Shown here one piece after another: positions 15,914-22,798 of a DNA stretch of 64,000 nt. Source of the DNA: an uncultured Candidatus Saccharibacteria bacterium (GTDB lineage Bacteria; Patescibacteriota; Saccharimonadia; Saccharimonadales; JAGQNJ01); NCBI GenBank assembly GCA_965231045.1, contig OZ246406.1:514208-578207 (forward strand), read 5' to 3'. Below the pieces are notes generated by a model. The model had not been told where the DNA came from and searched no databases. It saw only the letters and a program-made list of their open reading frames with translations. The stretch's first letter is position 1; each line of letters starts with the position of its first letter. Both the position numbers and the translations under genes were made by a program.

Positions 15914-16207
15914 ATGTATAGATTGAAACAATTCATCAGATTATCAGTCACTCCTATGTTGATAATTGCCATCCTCCTACTAATTGGAGGTGGTACTGTA
16001 GCCGCCGCAGAGATAACACCGGATCCGACTTCATACAGTTATGGTTCAACGTCTGAAATTTCACCATCATCTACAATAACTACTAACCCTAGTTCATTGG
16101 CAAGTACGGGCGACCCAGCAAATATTATAAAGATTGCTGCGGTAGTTCTAATATTAACTGGCGTTGGTTTTGGGGCTCGAGCTATCCTGAAAAAACGTAA
16201 GGCCTAG
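15914..16207 (+). CDS. Minimal sortase-substrate-like protein (signal peptide, about 40-aa S/T-rich stalk, LASTG motif, TM helix, KKRKA tail)
   Basis: The C-terminus SSLASTGDPANIIKIAAVVLILTGVGFGARAILKKRKA has the tripartite cell-wall sorting signal layout, with LASTG in place of LPXTG. Confidence 0.6.
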   Translation: MYRLKQFIRLSVTPMLIIAILLLIGGGTVAAAEITPDPTSYSYGSTSEISPSSTITTNPSSLASTGDPANIIKIAAVVLILTGVGFGARAILKKRKA

Positions 16208-17079
16208 GCTTTTTTTGCCTGAACTTTGTGCCGAATATTTGGAACTATTAGTAACACTCCTCCGACTGCTAGTACTAACACGGCAACTACAATTAGTATT
16301 TGAGTCTGGTTATTAAAAGTACCGATAAAGGCATTGTAGAGATTGCTAACAACCGTTCGGGCATCCGGGCTTGGTACTTTTGATAGCACTGGCGGTCGGA
16401 ACAATGGACCTAATAGTAGCGCTAGCAGCCCAGCCCCAAGTAAAGCGCCCGCCTGTATCATCATTATGACCTTGTAGTTCTTGTGCCATTTTACGTATGG
16501 GTAAGCTACCAGAACAATTGCACCAATAAGCGCGATTGGGCCAAGCCATAAGAACACAATTCCATACTTATAAAAATCAGGAATATTATCTTTATTAACT
16601 AGTACAATTTCTGAAGGAATATTATCGGGATTAATTTTTACTTGTCGCTGTGTGCTCACCACATCAACAACTTTAGTAATAAATTCTTTTGGTCCTTGTA
16701 GATCAATAGTCAGTGACTGTGGATCGCTTGATGTGAACGAAACTTGAAGTTTGCTAATTGCCTTTCCTAGTACATTCTCAACTTGATCGGTGCCCAAAAC
16801 ACCACTTACTACTTTGGTAATGGTATTGCCGGCAATATTCTTAGCCGTAGGATAATCTGCTAAAAGCTTATCGGTAATTTCTGAGGCAATGGCATCGCGG
16901 CTACTTTCTGACGTCAATGATGTTGTTGCGACACTGCTAAAGTTGTTTGTATCAAAAATATAGTTGTTAACCCAAAAGGCCGAATTAGCAATTACAAAAA
17001 GTATGGCGGCAAAAATTGCCGAGACAATTGTTGGCCTTAGCCATGTGTGTTTAGTTTGAGATTTAACTTGTGTAGGCAT
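16204..17079 (-). CDS. Membrane protein, unknown function
   Basis: 291 aa with an N-terminal TM helix, a soluble middle part and C-terminal TM helices. 4-nt overlap with the convergent upstream gene end. Confidence 0.55.
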   Translation of the reverse strand: MPTQVKSQTKHTWLRPTIVSAIFAAILFVIANSAFWVNNYIFDTNNFSSVATTSLTSESSRDAIASEITDKLLADYPTAKNIAGNTITKVVSGVLGTDQVENVLGKAISKLQVSFTSSDPQSLTIDLQGPKEFITKVVDVVSTQRQVKINPDNIPSEIVLVNKDNIPDFYKYGIVFLWLGPIALIGAIVLVAYPYVKWHKNYKVIMMIQAGALLGAGLLALLLGPLFRPPVLSKVPSPDARTVVSNLYNAFIGTFNNQTQILIVVAVLVLAVGGVLLIVPNIRHKVQAKKA

Positions 17080-17131
17080 AATAAACTCCTCTTATAAGGA
17101 TATTGTATGCCCATGAGCTCAGACTGCAAGC

Positions 17132-18007
17132 TTAAGGGTTACCTAATGGGTTTGGATGAGGAGGTAAAGGACGTGGCGGTGTTGTTGTGGTTGCTACTTG
17201 CTGAACCGGTAGATTGGCCTGTGGTGCTGGAGCCAAGCTTGGGGTCTGCAATACGGTTGTGGTTGGAAGTTGAGTCGCAGGGCCTGTAGCCTCAACCACA
17301 ACTGGTGTGTGCTGCGGTACGTGAGATAGTCTTTCTTTGTCGAGTTTAACTGCCTTATTAAAGTATATGAATAGAGCTACGTTAAGTCCTATGCCAATTG
17401 CTACTCCAGTTAAGATTAGTATTGACTCACTCATTAAACAAAAATCATAAAACCCATGAATACCTGCAATGATAAAGAATGGCCCGAGTATCTTATAAAG
17501 TGGTTTCCCTTTTATATTGTTACCGGCAAAATAAAATCCGAGTATACCGGTAAGTGCAGCATGGAAGTAAAGTGCAATTATTATCCGAGCAAAGCCAGTC
17601 CCAGGACCTAGAATAGATAAATACATCACGTCTTCAATCAGCCCAAAAAATAGACCGATAAAACCAAAATAAATCATTCCGTCAGTGTACTGATCGAAGT
17701 AGCTTTTCTTGTGCAAAAAAAATGCTGCAGGCCAAAACTTGCATGCTTCTTCAATAATCCCAACACCAATTGTCGCAACAAATAATCCTGCAATGGGTAA
17801 AGTTATTTTATCCGCACTTGTTGGATCCAATGGTATAAAGATCTCGTTAAGAATTGACCCGGCTATTATTGCTAATAGACCAAAGCCGATAGGCACTCCC
17901 CAGAGTGCTTTTTTGGGTTCTCTAGAGCCTGGATGTCTCTTTAGAAAAAATACTGGCAAAAAGATGGCCGACGCTAAAAAAAGATATAAACAAATAAGTG
18001 TTAGCAT
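17132..18007 (-). CDS. PrsW-family intramembrane protease with a proline-rich C-terminal tail
   Basis: Multi-pass protein with EEACKF, HAALTG and HGFYDF motifs (the PrsW-type E-E..H..H arrangement). C-terminal tail PPRPLPPHPNPLGNP. Confidence 0.75.
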   Translation of the reverse strand: MLTLICLYLFLASAIFLPVFFLKRHPGSREPKKALWGVPIGFGLLAIIAGSILNEIFIPLDPTSADKITLPIAGLFVATIGVGIIEEACKFWPAAFFLHKKSYFDQYTDGMIYFGFIGLFFGLIEDVMYLSILGPGTGFARIIIALYFHAALTGILGFYFAGNNIKGKPLYKILGPFFIIAGIHGFYDFCLMSESILILTGVAIGIGLNVALFIYFNKAVKLDKERLSHVPQHTPVVVEATGPATQLPTTTVLQTPSLAPAPQANLPVQQVATTTTPPRPLPPHPNPLGNP

Positions 18008-18090
18008 ATTTTTGTATTAATGTAATTAACTCAATAAACATAAGTATAGTTTATATACGGTAATAAATCACTCTAACTACTTTCTAAACC

Positions 18091-18113
18091 AAAAAAGACC
18101 CGAAAAGGGTCTT
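18091..18113 (-). terminator. Intrinsic terminator immediately after tRNA-linked element B
   Basis: The minus strand reads AAGACCC-TTTTC-GGGTCTT followed by a T run (TTTTTTGG). No plus-strand gene is nearby to use it. Confidence 0.6.
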
Positions 18114-18120
18114 CTTTGGT

Positions 18121-18230
18121 TGGTCGGGGTGAAAGGACTCGGTCACCTCCGGCGACCCCGAAACTTCGTCTTTGAAAACAAGTTTTCAAGAGAAGATTTC
18201 CTTGCGGATTGCCATCAGGCAATCCTCACC
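18121..18230 (-). ncRNA. Candidate structured RNA, copy B: an 89-nt conserved module ending in an exact copy of the 3' terminal 21 nt (with CCA) of tRNA-Pro
   Basis: 18121-18141 is identical to 18301-18321. 18142-18230 is homologous to 7776-7863. It is bracketed by a promoter-like TTGGTT-17-TTAGAT and an intrinsic terminator, both on the minus strand. Confidence 0.5.
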
Positions 18231-18237
18231 TTCGCCC

Positions 18238-18266
18238 ATCTAAGCTCGATACATCGCTCAAACCAA
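18238..18266 (-). promoter_or_regulatory. Putative promoter for element B (TTGGTT-17 nt-TTAGAT)
   Basis: -35 lies at 18261-18266 and -10 at 18238-18243 (minus-strand reading). The predicted start falls within a few nt of the first conserved base of the element (18230). Confidence 0.35.
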
Positions 18267-18268
18267 CT

Positions 18269-18291
18269 AAAAAACCGGAGACAAGCTCCGG
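18269..18291 (-). terminator. Intrinsic terminator of tRNA-Pro
   Basis: The minus strand reads CCGGAG-CTTGT-CTCCGG followed by TTTTTTAG, beginning about 10 nt after the tRNA CCA end. Confidence 0.65.
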
Positions 18292-18300
18292 CATTTTAGT

Positions 18301-18377
18301 TGGTCGGGGTGAAAGGACTCGAACCTTCGACCTCACGGTCCCAAACCGCGCGCGCTAGCCAACTGCGCCACACCCCG
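18301..18377 (-). tRNA. tRNA-Pro (anticodon TGG), CCA encoded
   Basis: 77-nt cloverleaf: CGGGGTG TG GCGC AGTTGGCTA GCGC G CGCGG TTTGGGA CCGTG AGGTC GAAGG TTCGAGT CCTTT CACCCCG A CCA. The C1-G72 pair is typical of bacterial tRNA-Pro. Confidence 0.9.
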
Positions 18378-18483
18378 ATTGTATGAGACAAACCTACGGT
18401 TTTTCTCATCGCTCGGTCAGCTAAGCTGAGTTTTCCAAAAGCAAACCAAGCCTCGCTGCTCTTTTCCCTAAATGACCATTAAG

Positions 18484-18499
18484 AACAGGGGAGATTATA
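18484..18499 (-). promoter_or_regulatory. Putative tRNA-Pro promoter -10 (TATAAT-CT-CCCCTGTT)
   Basis: The minus strand reads AACACTTTTCAGTTATAATCTCCCCTGTTC. This implies a leader of about 110 nt before the tRNA. Confidence 0.35.
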
Positions 18500-18564
18500 A
18501 CTGAAAAGTGTTGTTAATACCAGTACTAAACATCGTATTTATATGCTAGATATGCAATAATTGT

Positions 18565-18729
18565 ATGAATATGAGGTATGCGTCAATTTTTGCCACCATA
18601 TTACTGATCTGGGTTGCAGTAATAATCATGGCTTTGACACGTAAAAACGCCAATGAAATTTTTGAACTATACCTTGGGGCAGTGTGCTCAACCGCGATCT
18701 TGTTCTTGATCGGTTTCGCCAGGAAATAG
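18565..18729 (+). CDS. Small 54-aa two-helix membrane protein (below the ORF-track cutoff)
   Basis: Hand translation: MNMRYASIFATILLIWVAVIIMALTRKNANEIFELYLGAVCSTAILFLIGFARK*. It ends 4 nt before the ABC1 kinase start. Confidence 0.4.
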   Translation: MNMRYASIFATILLIWVAVIIMALTRKNANEIFELYLGAVCSTAILFLIGFARK

Positions 18730-18733
18730 GTTT

Positions 18734-20263
18734 ATGCGAAACATTGCCGCGATAAAGCGCTACCGTACCCGCAAAATGGCTAGTCTCGGAACAAGAGCTT
18801 ACTATTTGTACCGTCGTGGCAAAATGGATAAAATGGCAACCTTAATATGCGAAGAATTCATTGATCTTGGTGGTGTATATGTAAAGTTTCTACAAGGCGT
18901 AATGCTTAAAAGCAAGCTAATGAAGGGCTGGAAGACCAATAACCGCCTAAAAGTTTTTGAAAATCTTGATAGTGAACATATAAATGTACGCGCCATTCTC
19001 AAGCATGAGCTTGGAACTGATGTGGTGGAACAAAACTTTAGAATCATACAGCCTGAGCCGTTTGCTGCTGGAAGTTTTGGACAAGTCTACTTTGGGGAGC
19101 TTAATGACGGTAGTCAAGTAATTATTAAGGTTTTGCGTCCAATGATTCGTGAACTTCTAAAATATGATTTGACTCTACTCAGTTGGTTCAGCCGTCGATT
19201 CATGAAGTATTACACCTCAATGGAAGTTAATATGCAGCAAGCAGTTCAAGACTTCCGAAAAGCAACGCTGCGTGAAACCGACTACATCGCCGAAGCAGAA
19301 TTTGCAGCCGAGATGCATGAAGAGTACAAAGATCACCCGACTATGTTTATACCAAAAACCTATCTAGAATTCTGCTCACCAAATGTTATCGTCCAGGAAT
19401 ATGTCGGCGGAATATCGGCCGCGCAATTATTAGCACTCAAAGAACAAGGAATTGACCCCCGGCAATATGTTTGGGAACAACTTGGATCAGATATTGATGT
19501 CCAACTAGAGTCTCTTGGTGTCGAAGGCTTAAAGTCAATATTCACCTTGGAACGAATACAGGGCGATCCTCACCCAGGTAATGTTCGGTTTCTATCAAAT
19601 AATAAAGTTGGTCTTATCGATTTTGGTATCTCTGCCCAAACCCCCAAAAACAAAGCTGCGTTTTTTGGGCTGCTCGAAGAATGGAGTCGACTATACAATG
19701 ATAGCCAGAATATAAGTAAACTCTTCGAACAATTTATGCGGTTTTTTGTAAGCGATCTCTATCGAGCGTTGCAACGACTTGGGTCACTATATTCATCGAG
19801 TGATCTTAACTTTACTGAGAAAGTCGGTAAGATTGCCCAAGAGTCATTTTCGCGTATTACAGGTCAGCAGGATATTATGCCACTTGTGCAAGATGGGCGA
19901 GCACTTATTATTATCAACCAAATGATAAACAAAAATAACCGCTTTGGTTTAATAGTAAAGGTTGAGGCATCCGACATACTAAGGGCTGCTCAAACTTACT
20001 TTACACTTATTGAGAGTTTTGGAAGACGAAATACCGTTATGCCAAGAGTTTTGATGCGCGTTGTTAACGAAATATCTACCGAGCATCCAGAGATACGCCA
20101 CCATAACGAAGAAACTATGAGTATTCACGACGCGGTACAGACTGTTACTTCTTGGCTAGAAAGAGTTGCCGAGCGTGACCCTTCCCTCTTTTCTCAGTTG
20201 ATCGCACGTATTAAAATAAAACCAGATGTAACACCACCCCCAGTAGGAGGACAAAATGCTTAA
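18734..20263 (+). CDS. ABC1/UbiB-family atypical protein kinase
   Basis: 509 aa with FAAGSFGQVYFGEL..VIIKVLRP (glycine-rich loop plus Lys), GDPHPGNV and LIDFG motifs characteristic of the ABC1/ADCK family. Confidence 0.85.
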   Translation: MRNIAAIKRYRTRKMASLGTRAYYLYRRGKMDKMATLICEEFIDLGGVYVKFLQGVMLKSKLMKGWKTNNRLKVFENLDSEHINVRAILKHELGTDVVEQNFRIIQPEPFAAGSFGQVYFGELNDGSQVIIKVLRPMIRELLKYDLTLLSWFSRRFMKYYTSMEVNMQQAVQDFRKATLRETDYIAEAEFAAEMHEEYKDHPTMFIPKTYLEFCSPNVIVQEYVGGISAAQLLALKEQGIDPRQYVWEQLGSDIDVQLESLGVEGLKSIFTLERIQGDPHPGNVRFLSNNKVGLIDFGISAQTPKNKAAFFGLLEEWSRLYNDSQNISKLFEQFMRFFVSDLYRALQRLGSLYSSSDLNFTEKVGKIAQESFSRITGQQDIMPLVQDGRALIIINQMINKNNRFGLIVKVEASDILRAAQTYFTLIESFGRRNTVMPRVLMRVVNEISTEHPEIRHHNEETMSIHDAVQTVTSWLERVAERDPSLFSQLIARIKIKPDVTPPPVGGQNA

Positions 20264-20444
20264 AGAAGTCGTACTATTTATCAAATACCCATACACGGCT
20301 GGAATTATTGCCACAATATGGCTAGGTAGTGCTATCCTTTTGGCAATAAATCATAACATTCCATTTGTTAGAGTCATGCTAATTAATATGTTCTGTAGTG
20401 TACTCATTGCCGCTATCGGTTTTAGCGGAAAACACGAAGTTTAG
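20256..20444 (+). CDS. Small membrane protein
   Basis: 62 aa with two hydrophobic helices. It overlaps the kinase stop by 8 nt. Confidence 0.4.
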   Translation: MLKEVVLFIKYPYTAGIIATIWLGSAILLAINHNIPFVRVMLINMFCSVLIAAIGFSGKHEV

Positions 20445-20992
20445 AGAATTTCGCTTTTTATTATTTCTAGCAACTCCGGAAACTGATTAAATCTAGGGTC
20501 GAGTCCATAGCTAAAATGTCCCATGCCATGAAATATTTTTAGGCTAGCATTCAACTCATCGGCAATCCACTTTGCCCCATCAAGTGGACAATATGGATCA
20601 TCATCAGAATGAACCACTACAAATTTGTCAGCTTTACTCTTTATTTTTGCGTAGTCAAACTCCTTATTAACACCTTTTAGTGATTTCCAGCCCAAGTCCC
20701 CGCGAAATGTTCCAACCAAAACACCAGCTTTTATACGAACATTTTCTGGCAATACTTCCATAAGTGCCATGACTTCAACTGACCCAGAGGAGTGTCCAAT
20801 CAAAAGATTGTCGGAAAAATCCCAACCACTAGCTAGCAAAAATTCATTGTATTTATCGATGTGTGGTTCTTCTGCCCCAGGAAGATCTGGCACCCAAACT
20901 TCGTGCCCAAGTTTTTCAAGTTCTGACTTTAGCCAAGGAAACCAGTTTTGAGTATGATCTGCACTAGTACCGTGCAGAATAACTACTTTCAT
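20441..20992 (-). CDS. Alpha/beta hydrolase, YdeN/RBBP9-like serine hydrolase
   Basis: 183 aa with the nucleophile elbow GHSSG, a conserved HSDDDP and a GMGHF tail typical of this small esterase family. Confidence 0.75.
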   Translation of the reverse strand: MKVVILHGTSADHTQNWFPWLKSELEKLGHEVWVPDLPGAEEPHIDKYNEFLLASGWDFSDNLLIGHSSGSVEVMALMEVLPENVRIKAGVLVGTFRGDLGWKSLKGVNKEFDYAKIKSKADKFVVVHSDDDPYCPLDGAKWIADELNASLKIFHGMGHFSYGLDPRFNQFPELLEIIKSEIL

Positions 20993-20996
20993 GTTG

Positions 20997-21641
20997 TTAT
21001 TCTACCAGCTTTAAAAATTCATCCCAACTATTGGCTACCATTGTTGGTTTGGTATTTAGTAGATCCTGTTTGTGATAATACTCCGATCTTTCGTCCATCC
21101 AGAACAAACATGAGTCCACTCCTGCATTATGGGCCGCTTGTATATCACCAATACCATCACCAATCATAATACATTCACTTCTATCGGCACCTAATTCTTC
21201 CATGGCTTTAAACAGCGGTTCAGGATGAGGTTTGTGCTCTTTGACATCTTCGTAGCAAATCACTGCATCAAAACCGCCGATAAGATCGTGGGCTTCTAGC
21301 ATATTTCCGACAACTTCTCTAAATGCTCTTGTTACTAGCGCCGATTTACACCCATTTTCATGAAGCACTTTTAGCATATCCAAAACGCCAGGAAATAGCG
21401 GAAGGTTTTTGATATATTTTGGTGCAATTTTTTCACCATGTTTTCTCATGCTAAGCCACTTATCTTCAGAAATATCGACATAATTTCGCAAATATACCCA
21501 GTGATTCATGCATCTCAACTGTTGGGCTTTAGTGAGTTTTACTTCGCCATATCGAAGAATTTCTTCGAATACCTCAAACCATGCAGGCGTTGAGTCCAGT
21601 AGTGTTCCATCCCAGTCAAAAAGAAATGTATTGTATTTCAT
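20997..21641 (-). CDS. HAD-superfamily phosphatase
   Basis: Motif I FDWDGTLLDS and motif IV GDGIGDIQAA. Confidence 0.8.
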   Translation of the reverse strand: MKYNTFLFDWDGTLLDSTPAWFEVFEEILRYGEVKLTKAQQLRCMNHWVYLRNYVDISEDKWLSMRKHGEKIAPKYIKNLPLFPGVLDMLKVLHENGCKSALVTRAFREVVGNMLEAHDLIGGFDAVICYEDVKEHKPHPEPLFKAMEELGADRSECIMIGDGIGDIQAAHNAGVDSCLFWMDERSEYYHKQDLLNTKPTMVANSWDEFLKLVE

Positions 21642-22168
21642 AATTCGAATTCATAAATTTCAGTATTTTTGAAGCCCTCAAACTTGTACATGTCACCATG
21701 ATGCATATCTTTATCAACAATTCTTATCATACGACCTGTTGAGCCGTGACTAACTAATACTACGTTATTTGCATCTAGTTTTTTTAGCCACTCGAAGCCA
21801 TCAGCTACACGTTTTTTCATATGTTCCGCAGACTCCATACCTTCCTCATTACCAGCCAGAACTGCCGCTCGATATTCGGAATGTGGCCGTCCTGAATATT
21901 TACCAAACTCGCGTTCAATAAACGCTTCGTTTTGGAGAATACTGTTCGGATTAATACCAAGTTCTTTAGCAATAATTTGAGCAGTTTCTACGGTGCGGCC
22001 AAGTGGAGAACAAACTATTAAATCAATCGACTTATCCTTAAGATCCTTACCAACTTTTCGGGCTTGCTCACGACCATTCTCGGTCAACTGTGTTATGTGC
22101 TCGCCACCCGAAGCAATACCGGCAACATTCGCTTCACTTTCACCATGTCTTACGTAGTAAACTTTCAT
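21638..22168 (-). CDS. Histidine phosphatase (phosphoglycerate-mutase-like) family protein
   Basis: YYVRHGESEAN catalytic motif and LVSHGSTGR. 4-nt overlaps on both sides. Confidence 0.8.
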   Translation of the reverse strand: MKVYYVRHGESEANVAGIASGGEHITQLTENGREQARKVGKDLKDKSIDLIVCSPLGRTVETAQIIAKELGINPNSILQNEAFIEREFGKYSGRPHSEYRAAVLAGNEEGMESAEHMKKRVADGFEWLKKLDANNVVLVSHGSTGRMIRIVDKDMHHGDMYKFEGFKNTEIYEFEL

Positions 22169-22722
22169 ATCTCAAACTCCCATCCTGGCATCCATTCATA
22201 GCCGGATTGTATCTTTTCCTCTATAGGGATTCCCCGTATATGGAAGTCCAGACCGTAGTGAACAGCATGTCCGCCAATAATAACTACTCTATTGAAACTC
22301 GATTTAGACAAGTCATCAATAAAACTTCCTATGCGATCAACGGCATGATCATAACTCTCGCCTTGATAGAAGCCACCCAGAGGGCTTTCTCCAGCAGGAA
22401 ATGCGCTATGTATACGGTTGGGTTTTTCTGCCTCTACCTTATCTTTGGCCCAACCAGTCATAGCACCATAATCACATTCTCTTAAGCGATGATCGATGAA
22501 TAGTGTTCTCGGGGTGATGCCCACAAAAGCCCTGGTAGCAGTTTGTATTCCTCGTTGTAGATCGGGCACAAATACGGCATCCGTATCCGGGTAATCATGT
22601 CTGCGTCCAATGCGCTCAGCCTGCTTTCGACCGTTTCTTGTGAGTGACGGGTCGCTCCAGCCTGAAGCTATATTTCTCCTACTGTGATGTGTTTCACCAT
22701 GTGTTTCAAAAAAAATTTGCAT
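22165..22722 (-). CDS. Divergent histidine-phosphatase-like protein (RHG motif replaced by THG)
   Basis: The N-terminus FFETHGETHHSRRNIASGW aligns to the L.RHGET..N motif but has Thr for the first Arg. GGHAVH lies near the C-terminus. Confidence 0.6.
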   Translation of the reverse strand: MQIFFETHGETHHSRRNIASGWSDPSLTRNGRKQAERIGRRHDYPDTDAVFVPDLQRGIQTATRAFVGITPRTLFIDHRLRECDYGAMTGWAKDKVEAEKPNRIHSAFPAGESPLGGFYQGESYDHAVDRIGSFIDDLSKSSFNRVVIIGGHAVHYGLDFHIRGIPIEEKIQSGYEWMPGWEFEI

Positions 22723-22798
22723 ATGAATATAGTTAATAATTGCTTGGCATATCCTAATTATTCTATAAGGGTTTAGTATTTTACCGCAACTTAAAAGG

